A stretch of 62,870 nt of DNA, the filler included, from Collodictyon triciliatum (taxonomy: Eukaryota): assembly GCA_043381765.1 (NCBI GenBank). It is 12 parts of 12 records of this genome, joined end to end, with 100 filler letters (N's around TTAATTAATTAA, not from the genome) between each part and the next. Parts side by side here need not be neighbours in the genome. Positions count along the whole stretch, not along the records: positions 9,213 to 14,862 come from JBHJMP010005048.1; positions 14,963 to 20,611 come from JBHJMP010005049.1; positions 20,712 to 26,363 come from JBHJMP010005050.1; 9 more parts are not named here. One strand, 5' to 3'. Below the pieces are notes generated by a model that was not told where the DNA came from, searched no databases, and worked only from the letters and a program-made list of their open reading frames with translations. A program made the position numbers and the translations under genes. Positions 12,040 through 24,052 of the stretch are shown here, piece after piece (positions within the stretch are counted from its first letter, which is position 1; each line of letters opens with the position of its first letter).

Positions 12040-14318
12040 ATGGAAGATTATCTTAGGCATCAATTGAAGAAGAAAATGTTTGTTTTGATAGCTAATTTCC
12101 TACTACTTCTTTTCTTCAATGTATTATCCTCCCTTTAGATTCATGCAACGTTCATTTCTTATTTTTAACTTGCCTTTCCTTTCTTCCCCTGAGTTGAATA
12201 AAGGACATTTTTTTATCTTCCCTCTAACCCATCCCTTTCTTCATTTCATTATTTATTTTTACTTCAACTTGTGGAAATTTTAGTATTTGGCCATAGCCCG
12301 TGCTTACATGTTAATATTCGCTATGAAAACCCAAGGGTTCAGAGCAACCGAAAAATGGAGCACATTTCCCCAGCCACCAGGCTCTTGGAAAAGCACCAGG
12401 AGATGGCCGATGTTCAAGTATGAATCGCATCCCTATTTCATGAATAAATCTTATATAATCTTCTAAGAAATAATCAATTTTTTAACCCTTACTTCAGTTA
12501 TCCTTCCCAAACCGCTCAAGCATTCTTGACCTCAAAATTTCATATATTTCCTTTCGCACCAAATAAAAAGTTTACTTTGATCCGTTTAATCTTTGAATTG
12601 AATAAAGGAAAAAAAAAACTTTGATCCGTTTAATAGGCAGCACTGGGGGCAGAGATGGAAGAGTTTTCTCGGACTGAAGAGCGAATCCAGCAGCGAGAAG
12701 AAGAGCTCAAAAGAAAAGATATGGATCTTCAGGACAGCTTGGTCAAGTTTAACAAATTCTTGCAGGTATGAGGTCTCGAGTTACTGATCTGATTATAAAG
12801 TTTTATTTATGAAAAGGGATAGCCAGTCATCTAATTCATTCTTTGTGCGTACAATATCATAAAATCAAATCATGATGATAAAGAATATAGTTATCATAAA
12901 TTAGTTTACATGAACTTGTATTCTTCCTTCCGAATTCGACTGACGGTGGACATATACAGGAAAATGACTCGAAAAGATTGCGAGCTGAAAAGAAAGCCGC
13001 ACAAGAAATTCGACTGAGAGAATTGAAAGAAAAGGAAATCGAATCTCTGAAGCAGCAAATATCTGAAATGAGTATCAAAAGAGCTACCACAACAGAGTTA
13101 CTAAAAAGAGGTTTTCTTGTATTCACGTGTTAACTTCATACAATCTGAGAGACTAGGTGTTGGATTGAAAATTAATTCATATTCGCAGTGAAACATACAA
13201 TCCAAACATTAAAGAAAAATAATGTAGATTTTCTGAAATAATATAACTGTATTATGATACCGGATAGATATGCGATATCAGAAATATCTGGAGAGCCTTC
13301 ACGATGGTATGCACGAAGGGACTGCAGAAGGCTCAGAGTTTCAAGAGACTAAAGTACAGCCTCTTATTCACTCTTTCACATTTCCCTACGTCATTAGTCA
13401 TAAGGCTAACCCTTATAGCTGCAATCATCTATGCGGATTTATTATTTTCAGCAGACCGCTTTATGATTCCATATACCTAACATAAATGCCACAGTTGATA
13501 ATTTTACTATTTTTATGGTCAGAAGTATTATGCCATATTACTAATTCCAACATAGGATATTATGATGCGTTTCATCACACTTGACGCCACAAACAAGGAT
13601 CTAATGGAAAGGTCCAAAAAGTGCATGGATGAACATGAATACTATCGCCAACAGCTGCACAATTATACGGAGGTACTGATATCTTTCTTAAATTTTATTT
13701 AATATCCGTGTCTGCGATGGAGGGAATATACTTACCCATCTCAAGATTAGTTCCATCTAACTTTGTGAGGATTTCAAATTAATTTATATTTGATAGGGGA
13801 AAATGATAGAGATATTGAATTACAACAAGCAAATCAGCGAACTGCAAAGGGATTTGGAAAATGCTGGGACAATCACCTTCAAGCGGCAGTCTGAAATGGA
13901 AAAGAAACACATTGTTGCAATCAAAAAGAGGGCCACTCTCGGTGAAATCACACGGTTCCTTTATCTCTTATTAAAAATAGATATTTATTCCCGAATAAGT
14001 TTCCCGCTTCATTCATTGTTATATGATTATATCAAATGACCCTCCCAGGGCCGGTAATGACAGAGGATATATATGTAAATAATCTATATATCAGATATAA
14101 ATATGATATTTTCAAAACTTAAGAAAGTATCTGCATTGGATAGTGCATGCCAGAATCTTTTCCAGAGAGTAGTCGACCGACCAGGGATACAGAGGGAGAA
14201 GACGAATGACACCGCCAAACAGCTCCGAATCATCGGGGAGTGCATCAGTGATCTAATATGGATTTCAAAGAACGTTAGCCATGCAAACGGAAACCAAACA
14301 CGATCCAAAGACCAGTAG
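12040..14318 (+). CDS. CCDC42: CCDC42/CFAP73-family (DUF4200) coiled-coil ciliary protein, 8 exons
   Basis: MEDYLRHQ..ISPATRLLEKHQEM..LQDSLVKFNKFLQENDSKRLRAEKKA..YQKYLE..IMMRFITL..TLGEITRACQNLF..QLRIIGECISDL. All junctions are GT-AG and in frame. Confidence 0.85.
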
Positions 14319-14556
14319 TTTAGCATAAATATCTTCAATCTTTTTTTTTTTTAATACTTGAAAAATTCTATCCTTGGAAACAATAAATTTTACTCCATTA
14401 AAAATGAACACTGAACGTAAACGAAAACGAAATCATCTCTTCCAGTTACCAACTCGAATTACTATACACAAATCAGGGGGGTTATGACGCTAACCAGACT
14501 AAAGTCTCTTTTGGTCTGGTATGAGTTGAGCTGTTTGTACTTTTTTTTAAAAATAA

Positions 14557-14690
14557 GAGAAAAAAAAGAGAAAAAAAAGAGAAAAAAAAGAGAAAAAAAA
14601 GAGAAAAAAAAGAGAAAAAAAAGAGAAAAAAAAGAGAAAAAAAGAGAAAAAAAGAGAAAAAAAGAGAAAAAAAGAGAAAAAAGGAGATAA
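14557..14690. repeat. (GAGAAAAAAAA)n A-tract repeat
   Basis: Direct reading. Confidence 0.9.
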
Positions 14691-15037
14691 AGGAAGGAAG
14701 TAGGCAGATTTCAAAGCCCTGGACTCTACAAAATATATAGTATTATCTAGATGTCATCTATGAATCGCACAAAAGCCTAAAATATGCCATAATACGACAC
14801 AATCAAAAGTCCTATCTTCCCGCTTCCAATCCTGACTTAATTTGCTTGTGATTACCCCTCCGNNNNNNNNNNNNNNNNNNNNNNNNNNNNNNNNNNNNNN
14901 NNNNNNTTAATTAATTAANNNNNNNNNNNNNNNNNNNNNNNNNNNNNNNNNNNNNNNNNNNNGGGGTGCGGCGGGGGGGGGGGTGGGGGAGGGAAAATAC
15001 ACATAAACAGTTTTTCTCTTTTTTACTCGATTCAAAA

Positions 15038-18000
15038 TCAAATATATAACACGTCAGCTTCACCCTTGATGTGCGAATTTGTGGTGGCAGGTGTCTTGCA
15101 GAACCTCTCTGAGGAGTTGGCCACATTGGTGAATAGTGCCTCTTCATACTGGCTACCTGATTCTTCGCTCAAGGCACCATTGCTGTATGCACCTTGCCAT
15201 TCTTTTGTAGTGTTTTGGCCATCCGAACAAGAGTTGCATGATCCAAGATTAGCACGTCTTTGGCTGCATGTGTAAGTGAACTTTTCATCTTGAGGCTGTA
15301 AAGATTTCAAATGTGACGCGCACCATCCCTCACTGCATGTCAGACATGAAGAGGCACCAAACGAGCCCATTTCTTTGGTAAAAGTTCCAGGAGGGCAATT
15401 GTGGCAGGCGAGGCCGTTTTCATCTGCATAAGTTCCACTCGGGCAAAGGATGCACGAATGAAGAGAGGACATTCCATATTTTTTGTTGTATGTGCCAGGT
15501 GGACATGCTTTGCACGATATTTGATTTTCCCCTTCGCCATATTTCCCAGGCGGGCATAATTCACACACGAATGACCCTGTCCTATTTGAAAATTTCCCTT
15601 TGGGGCATGGTATGCACCCACGAATATTTTTGGACGCAATTTTCGAATTGTATGACCCTGCTGGACATAATTGACACGAACTGGAGCCATCATGTTCAGA
15701 GAAAGTTCCTAATGGACATGGAAGACAGCTTTTCTGCCCCTTCGTAGAGGAATAGAATCCATTGGGACACGGCACACAAGATGTTTGACCTGTCGAACTG
15801 GTGAATGTTCCCGAAGTACATTCAAAACATGCAGATTCCCCAGTGCTGTTGGTGAATGTTCCCAACGGACATGGAGTGCACTCATCCTGCGTCTTTGCTC
15901 CATACGAGGGCCCATAGGTTCCAGAAGGACAACTAATACATTCAAAATAATCATTCGAAGTGAGGTACGTACCTGGTTGGCATATCTTGCATTCATTGGA
16001 CAATCTATCATAACGAAAACCAGGTGAGCAATAAATCCACAGTTTCATGACATTTTTCATACTTCCTGAAATAAATGTGTTCCCTTGGGGTGTGAAAACT
16101 ATCCATTTAATTTTATCAATCAGTGCGTTACTTGATGTTTGTAATTTATTTGCACTCGAAAACAGTCTCCTCGAATCTGGAATACTCCACCCACTAATTA
16201 TTTCCACAGCACTCCCAAGTAAAATTCTCGTATTGTCTGGGGACACTGCCACAGCTGATATGAAATTATCATCGCCTGATTGTGTGGTAGTTCGAGTGTA
16301 TATTAATACTCCATTCGCAATGTCCCACATTAAAACTTCTCCTGATTTTCTGAAAGATAATATGGTGGAATTATCCATAGAAAGTTTAATATCCACAGTA
16401 TCAGAGTTGAGATCTCGGAGATTGTGGATCAACTTCCAGCTCTTAGAATCCCAAATGTTGATTTCGTGTAAACCACTAGATATAAGTTTGGATCCGTCAC
16501 GAGACACAAGAACACGTAATACACCCGACGTATGACCTGTCAATATACGTGTAAGCTTTCCTGTGAAAAAATCATAACATTTTATTGTGTTATCATGGAC
16601 AGCTGCGAACAAAACGGAGTCATCATGGCTCATGGCTATGCTATTCACACCAAATAATCCAGGGCTTTCCCCAGAAAATCTTCGATCATATGTTATTATT
16701 GTTCTTACGATCACGCCACTATCAAAGTCCCATACAATAAGAACATTTGAACGACTTCCAGAGACTAAAAATGAACTATTTGAGGAGAAAACTAGTGCGT
16801 CAGGAGTTTCTGTAAGTCTTGGAAAAACTCTATGCAATTTTTTTGTCTGCAAGTCCCAAATTCTTATAAAATAATCGGAGCATCCGCACACAAGAAACAG
16901 AGAATCTGACGTTACAACAGCCGATAAGGTTTCATACATGCCACCAATTGACCTTTGCCCAAGGTTTTCGTCGATATCCCATATTTTGATCGATCCATTA
17001 ATATCTCCTGAAACTAATCGAAGTGAATTATGCATTATTGAATGGAATGAGATTTCTTCATCAGTGCTAAACATGTATAAATCATCTCTCTGAGGCAGGC
17101 TATAGACTAGGATGGAATCAAGGGGTGATCCAGATACAAACAGGTATGATTCCTTCGAGTCAATGGATATATGCTGAACTGAATTTGAACGTGGCGTTAT
17201 CAGGCTGATTAACCGACCTGTACGATACTCCCATATATTTATACGCGTTTCTGTACCTATCCAAGAAATATATTTTAATTTGACAAGGGAGTATATCATC
17301 TTTTCATGTTGCCCAAGAATGAGTTGCTTCACTTCACCAAACTCAGGTGTAACTTTGGGTGGTGCTCTCGTAGCTACATCCCAGTACCTGATCGTCATGT
17401 CATCCCCACCAGATATAATACAAGTGGTATCAGGAGATATCAGGACTGAATTTACGATCGCAGAATGACCAGATAGTGTGAAAAGTAATTCTCCAGTTGT
17501 AAAATTCCATATTTTGACCAACTTGTCATCGCCTCCCGATGCAATTATTGAGCTATCGGCTGAAATAGCGATACTTTTGACTGTTGAGTGTGTGATTATT
17601 TTGCGAAGAAGAATGCTGCTCGAACTGTCCCAAATCAGGATAAAGCCGTCATTTCCACTAGATAATATATATGTATTGTCTAATGAGATGACTATGCAAT
17701 TTATAGTATCTGTATGACCTTGCATACTTTTAATCGCTTTTCCATCTCGCATATCCCAACCATTGATTTCATTATTGTATCCTGCGAAAACAATCATGGA
17801 ATCGTCTTGACTAATTACGATGGAAGTTACAGTCGACCCATTAGCGTGGATTTCTGTTCTCTGGGGAGAATCGGGATAACTTACTATGGATAGTTTTCCC
17901 ATCGAGTTTCCTGCCACAACCTCATTCGGTAGCGGACTGAATCCGAGCTTTATCTGCCCGTGATCCTGGAACCAAATCTGATTTGATAGTTTCCCATTTG

Positions 18001-18874
18001 CGGTATTGAATATGTAGAATCGGTCTCCAATTTCGTCAATCAAGATGATTTTTGATCCATCAGAGGAAAAAGTGGCATCCTTTGGGGTGGAAAGGGTCAC
18101 GTGATCAATTGTGTATATCAAAGATCCATCCATTATGCTCCATACATTTCTTTTATTCAATGATAATACTTTTGTATTATCAGGGTATGCAAAGATCTGA
18201 CTTGCTTTTACCCAATCTTCTGAGAATGTTATTACTTCATTGCTATTTAGATCATAAATATGAGCTTCGTACTCATTACTGACGACGAGTTTTGATCCAT
18301 CAGGAGTCATAGCAGCACCAAAGGCGTAACAGTAGCCGTCTGTATACTTCGTGTCGATTAATGTGGGACCCAGAGAATTCCATATTTTAGCGATGCAATC
18401 AGAGGAAACTGACACGAATCTTGTATTGTCTGGAGTAATAGCAATATAAAAAACCATACTAGTATGGTCCTCTATTTTATGCAATAACTGTTTGGTAGAG
18501 ACATCCCATATGTAAATGTTTTTATCGTGATTTCCTGATATAATTCGTGAACTGTCCGGAAATATTGCGATAGTTGAAGGGTTACTAGTGGAACCATTTA
18601 GAGAGGCCACGTAGCTACCATCAGTATAATTCCACATCCTTATGAGATAATCAGAACCTCCTGCGACAATATGGGATAAATCCGGCATTACGGCGATGGT
18701 AGCGACTTTGAATATTGAACCTTCGGCTTCCCACGTGAATATAGGCTGTAAGCAACGACCAAGGGAGCTCAGTTGAAGATATAGCAGAACAACTACATTT
18801 ACGAAGTATCTGATTAAAAACTTGCATTTTGTGATGTATAGAAGCACAAGACATATGGCAGCTATCTGCCTCAA
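15038..18874 (-). CDS. Large WD40-repeat protein (roughly 20 blades) followed by GCC2/GCC3 (ephrin-receptor-like) Cys-rich repeats; hydrophobic N-terminus; probably partial at both ends
   Basis: 1278-aa uninterrupted ORF with GH...WD repeats (e.g. LSGHSAIVNSVLISPD..ISGGDDMTIRYWD), then CxxCPxGT[YF] repeats. There is no in-frame ATG before the hydrophobic segment, and a possible donor lies near 15064. Confidence 0.9.
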   Translation of the reverse strand: MRQIAAICLVLLYITKCKFLIRYFVNVVVLLYLQLSSLGRCLQPIFTWEAEGSIFKVATIAVMPDLSHIVAGGSDYLIRMWNYTDGSYVASLNGSTSNPSTIAIFPDSSRIISGNHDKNIYIWDVSTKQLLHKIEDHTSMVFYIAITPDNTRFVSVSSDCIAKIWNSLGPTLIDTKYTDGYCYAFGAAMTPDGSKLVVSNEYEAHIYDLNSNEVITFSEDWVKASQIFAYPDNTKVLSLNKRNVWSIMDGSLIYTIDHVTLSTPKDATFSSDGSKIILIDEIGDRFYIFNTANGKLSNQIWFQDHGQIKLGFSPLPNEVVAGNSMGKLSIVSYPDSPQRTEIHANGSTVTSIVISQDDSMIVFAGYNNEINGWDMRDGKAIKSMQGHTDTINCIVISLDNTYILSSGNDGFILIWDSSSSILLRKIITHSTVKSIAISADSSIIASGGDDKLVKIWNFTTGELLFTLSGHSAIVNSVLISPDTTCIISGGDDMTIRYWDVATRAPPKVTPEFGEVKQLILGQHEKMIYSLVKLKYISWIGTETRINIWEYRTGRLISLITPRSNSVQHISIDSKESYLFVSGSPLDSILVYSLPQRDDLYMFSTDEEISFHSIMHNSLRLVSGDINGSIKIWDIDENLGQRSIGGMYETLSAVVTSDSLFLVCGCSDYFIRIWDLQTKKLHRVFPRLTETPDALVFSSNSSFLVSGSRSNVLIVWDFDSGVIVRTIITYDRRFSGESPGLFGVNSIAMSHDDSVLFAAVHDNTIKCYDFFTGKLTRILTGHTSGVLRVLVSRDGSKLISSGLHEINIWDSKSWKLIHNLRDLNSDTVDIKLSMDNSTILSFRKSGEVLMWDIANGVLIYTRTTTQSGDDNFISAVAVSPDNTRILLGSAVEIISGWSIPDSRRLFSSANKLQTSSNALIDKIKWIVFTPQGNTFISGSMKNVMKLWIYCSPGFRYDRLSNECKICQPGTYLTSNDYFECISCPSGTYGPSYGAKTQDECTPCPLGTFTNSTGESACFECTSGTFTSSTGQTSCVPCPNGFYSSTKGQKSCLPCPLGTFSEHDGSSSCQLCPAGSYNSKIASKNIRGCIPCPKGKFSNRTGSFVCELCPPGKYGEGENQISCKACPPGTYNKKYGMSSLHSCILCPSGTYADENGLACHNCPPGTFTKEMGSFGASSCLTCSEGWCASHLKSLQPQDEKFTYTCSQRRANLGSCNSCSDGQNTTKEWQGAYSNGALSEESGSQYEEALFTNVANSSERFCKTPATTNSHIKGEADVLYI

Positions 18875-20719
18875 AAGAAGATAAGCCCTGGATCAATTGT
18901 TATCTGTTGCTATTAGTTCATAAATGCTATTTTTGTGATCCTTTCCATCTATTAAACTGAAATCTTATAGTCTGTAGAATGACATGGGTTTGGAGAGGAT
19001 TTTGAGGACTTTACCAAAAGAAAAAAAACTTACTTAGCAAATGCCTAGGAGGATCCATTCCCTGCCTTGTGCTGAGGAGAATTAAAAACTGCAAATCGCG
19101 ATGGATTATTGGATGGCACATAAGAAAAAAATTATCACTGAATAATCGGATAGAAATGCTGTATTTAATATTTACATGAAACAATACTATCCATATGACA
19201 CTTATTTTATATATTTGCTTCATTTGAAGAAAAATCAATTTTCTTTGGGACTCTCTTACATGAATAGTTTTTTTTTTTTTTTTATGCGTGTGTATTTTTT
19301 TATTTTGAGGCCACGATATATATATATATATGATCCAATAATGCGACCCAAGTGGTCTCTTACGCAGTGAAACAAAATAAGTCGATGACAGAAGTATGAG
19401 GAAAAACGTCCCTGTTCTCTGAGCCATGAGGAAACTAGTTGGTGTAAAAGACCCCATACCAATAACCACGAAAATTATCCCACTTGTTTGATAGGTTGGC
19501 ACCACCGCACGTTTTTGCTCTCATTGGTTTCTGTTGAAACGTGTTGACTCCCGCTCGGAGTCACGTCTGCAGCTAGTCGCTGCTGGCCTGGCGCTTAGTG
19601 GCACGAATTGATTCATCCGGGTAGATGCTGCAAGGCAGATTGATTGCTCTGGTGGCGAGAACAAACACCAACGGCAGACATTTCAAAACTGGAATTATCA
19701 TATCTGGAAACTATACCAAAATGAACATTAGCCTGCACAGTAAGGTCACTTGAATTGAATATGTCTGATTATCATATTTTCCAATCCAACGGATAACAGG
19801 TTGATAGCCTGGTGCCACACCGCACCGTATTATTCGGTGCTAGTTGTTACTTGCACAGAATTCTACCTTCGCTGCCATTAGAAAGTGAATTGATGTTTGT
19901 AAAGAACTTCGTAATAAGGTACGAAAAAGTCGAATCGCCTGTGTCCACATTTGTGGAAAAACATTACATCTATTTATAGAAGGTCTTCACATCTCTGCAT
20001 TTTCTGGGGTTGTTGACATTGAGATGACGCACAAGAACGCCATTGTGGTGCTGGACACTGAGGGCATAAGCAGATATCGTCCTATTTTCCCGCGTTTTCT
20101 CTGCTTACCAAACGCGCTTGTTTGTTTTCCTTTCGGAAGGCTTCCAGCCAGTGACAGATGATCGGAGGATTTCAGAGTTCCGTGGAAGACTTTCAGCGGC
20201 ACAGACAAGTTCTACCATTTCCCCACAAACCACACTACGTGCGATATTCTTTGAAAAGCACAATGTCATTGCCACACCGCCGTTCTTCCGTTGCAAACTT
20301 TTGGCTGACTGTCTGAGCTCTTCAAAACGCACATGACAATTTGGTTGCTTTTCTTTCGAGCTCTTCTTTTTCTTTGGCCTTCACACTGCTACATGTAGCT
20401 TTTGGATTGTTGCTTGCCAACCCTTTTAGTGGCTCGTGGTTAAAGCGAGAGCCTTTTTTTTTCTTTTTCTCTCCTTTTCTCTTGCTTTCTCTATTTTTTT
20501 TTTTCTGTATTTGTTAACTTACCAGGCGACTTGAGAACTGGGACATTATATCTGAATAGATTCATTTTGAAGCAATAGATGTTCTTCTCGAGTTGCTGTT
20601 TGGGAGTCTCTNNNNNNNNNNNNNNNNNNNNNNNNNNNNNNNNNNNNNNNNNNNNTTAATTAATTAANNNNNNNNNNNNNNNNNNNNNNNNNNNNNNNNN
20701 NNNNNNNNNNNAAAATAAA

Positions 20720-20789
<70 letters not shown>

Positions 20790-20791
20790 AG

Positions 20792-23700
20792 GAGCCATCG
20801 AAGAAAGCACAGTTTCTTCCAGTAACGTCGATGAGCTATGTCATCGATACCTTGGTATATTTATCCGAACATTTCAACCCTGTTATATGGACTCATCCGT
20901 CTTTTGACTTTTACATTTAGAAAAAGCAAGCTTTTCATGAGGAACTTGAAGAGTAAGAATGCTAAGCTCTTAACAATTTTTTTAATTTTATTACTTATTG
21001 AACATGACAATACGCGCACATTTTGAGGAATAACTATATAACTTCATTGAATAGAAAAACACAACGATTGGTACGCGTCTTGAAGCTTTGCCTTGGAAAT
21101 GATTCGACTAGATTCAAGTATTTTCGAGAGCTCTCTCTTCAATTCTCGATTGGCGAAGTGAAAGGTACTCGGTTTTTTTTTTATCTTATCACACAGACTC
21201 GCTTCCACCACAGATTCTCGATTAATAATCAATTCTATCCATTGAAGAAAATCATACATTCTTATTCATTTCTTTTTCTTCTTAATAGCGGAAGACTATT
21301 ACGAACAAATCATGCAGATATTCGGAAAAAAGGCCGATATAGTTTGTTGATACTCCTACTATAATATTCACATACTCCCTAAATATTTCATTTTGAATAT
21401 AAAATAACGATTTTAAATCTTATTTTATTTGTACATGATTACTAGATTTATCAAAATCAATAAAATTACAGGTATTTCCATTACTCATTGGAACAATACC
21501 TGAGGAAAAGCAACGCGTCAATTTGCAAGCAGTTCATGACAGGTTCAATCGAAAAGCTCCATCAGAAAATGTAAAAACCTCTCTCATAGTGGGTCGCTGG
21601 CCAACTGAGTATTATTTTCAAATTTGAATTTTTATGTTTCTCTTCTTTTTTCGCAACTCACACTAGTGAAAAACTGAGAGAAAAAAACATTAATCCATGT
21701 AGATATATTCAAACTCGTTGCCAGTTTCTGAGACAGAAAAAGGTCCTAGCGAGGAAACCATTTTGATAACACAAGCCTATTTCTACTTTTCATCTATTTC
21801 CTCGTATTTGAAGTCGGTATTACCTCCAGAAATCGATGATATTTTCCCTATACCGCCGTCTGAGGTGACATTTCATTATGCCGTAATATTCAGCTCTTAC
21901 ATATCAGTCCAAACACGCCCAAGCACAAGCTTTTTTCCTAATGAAAAATTAAGTGTTTTGTACTTTATTACTTTTTTTTTTTTTAAAAAAAAGTATGAAA
22001 GCATGACGAGAATATTTTGGGGTATTCAGTATGGAGAGGCTCTTGGATTCCGTCTCATTGATGTAAATAATTGAAACCAACAGACTTAAGGAATATTGCC
22101 TAATTCTAACATTTTTTTTTAATTATAGTGATATTTGCTATTATTGCTTATGATAAATTTATCACACAAATAGGTTTTCAAGGCATCACCACTCGTTTCT
22201 TCCATCATGAAGGAAATTCTGGTTATCTACGAAGAATCCGAAGCCAGAAACGTGGAAGCCATCGATCATCTATTCCGAAAACTCAGCATCTACGATTTGC
22301 ACATGATTGTTCATTATTGCTACATCATGGAAGACCGCGCTTTTCACGACCTCAACGGAAATGTTGACCCGACTCTCGACTTCGTCAACAATAATCAGCA
22401 TGTAAATTCGAAACAGACCGACTTTGAATCTGAATTCCCCACTCTGAAGGCTTCAGCGTTGGATGAAAGGCCAAAACAAACAAAGAAAAATGCGTCCAAA
22501 GTTCGCTTCCCTGTACTTGTTAGGTGCTTTGCCTATTAAAAACAACATACCTAAAATATGTTATCTTAGTGACATATTTTTGTTCTTATTTCAAATATTT
22601 ATCAATGGACAAGTGACACAATTTCTTCTTTTTCCATTTCTTAATTGAATCTTGTTATATGAAAATCTGGATAGATTTTTTTTCAACTTAACTCTGCAAA
22701 CATAAATTTAGAGCGATGAAGGTATCAGCTAAGACGCCGTCGCTAACCGAATTTCTACCCCGACATATGCAACCGCTGTACGAACAGCCTGGGTTTGGAG
22801 ACGCATGGCATCGCTCTTATCAAATAGACTCTGGGGATTATGCTCGCCAACCTGGTAGATATGATGAGTACGGGAACTATATTGAAGAAGAGGAGCTCTA
22901 TGCAGAAAGTGCATCTCGGAGTCAGGCAGCAGAACTTGAAAAAGGTTTTTCCTCTCAGAATCAAATTTCTCTCTTTACATCCCGCCATCCTCGTCATCAG
23001 AGATAACTTAGCAAATATGGTGTTAAAAAGAAAAATCCACTAGTGACAGAAGAGCTTAAATCTCTTGGGTCGGTCGTCCTCAAAGTGTCTTCAGCAAAAT
23101 CTTCAGTTTCAAAAACACGAGACGAAAATGCAGCAAGCACATCAACTACAAAGGAAACAAAGCCATCGAGCACAAGTAATGCACAAGGTTCATCAAATCA
23201 AACGAAGGGCCCAAAAGTATCACATGCAACAAATGTGACAAATGTAGCGAAAGTATCAGGCACACGAAATGAAACAAAGCAGAGAGATGCATGGGATGTA
23301 CAAAAAATGGCCAATGGAACAACCACAAGGGATGCGTGGGATACTCCAAACACAACCACTGCGACAAATGCAGCAGATGCGTGGATAGCGCCAAATACAG
23401 TAAATCCCGTGAATACATCTGATGCAACAGATGTGGCAGAGACTTGGGAAACACCCAGTGCACCAAATGAAACAAACACACCAATTAATTTCTGTGTCGG
23501 TGGCTGCTCTACTGCAAGCGATTCCACGGAACTGAGCCATATTCATTCGACAAAGGATAGCAACAAGAGCCCGACTGCAACAGAATGTAGGCTGGAGTCA
23601 AAATCAAAAGAAGCTAAGCCAAAGAAAGAGTCGTCTCAACAAAAAGCAGCGCCACAAACACCAGTTCCATGGACAAAAACCGAGCAAAAGCTCTTGGAAG

Positions 23701-23852
23701 ATGGCTTGAGAATGTATCCCAAGGAAGACACAGAGCGATGGGAAAAGATTGCAAAGACGATTCCTGGACGCACAAAGAAAGATTGCATGGACCGCTATCG
23801 TTCGATTGTCCAGGCACTCAAGGAAAAATCAAAGACAGATACAAAAACATAA
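20792..23852 (+). CDS. 5'-partial multi-exon protein: ZNF598/Hel2 PAH-like helical domain, low-complexity region, C-terminal DNAJC2/ZRF1-type SANT/Myb domain
   Basis: [73 protein letters not shown], an EFPTL motif, and [43 protein letters not shown]. The exon chain is in frame. Confidence 0.7.
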
Positions 23853-24052
23853 CAGTAATTGCCTTCCATGATTGTCAGATGACTTGAATTTTTTTTGACA
23901 AGGAATAAAATGACATGTAATCAAGTGAACGCTTTATTCACACTCAATATTTTTTCATTATTTTTCTTTTCATGAAAAAAAAATACTTGAAATCCAGTGT
24001 AGACATTTGAACATGAGCCTCGGTATGTGCAGAGAATCCTCTACCAAAACCA

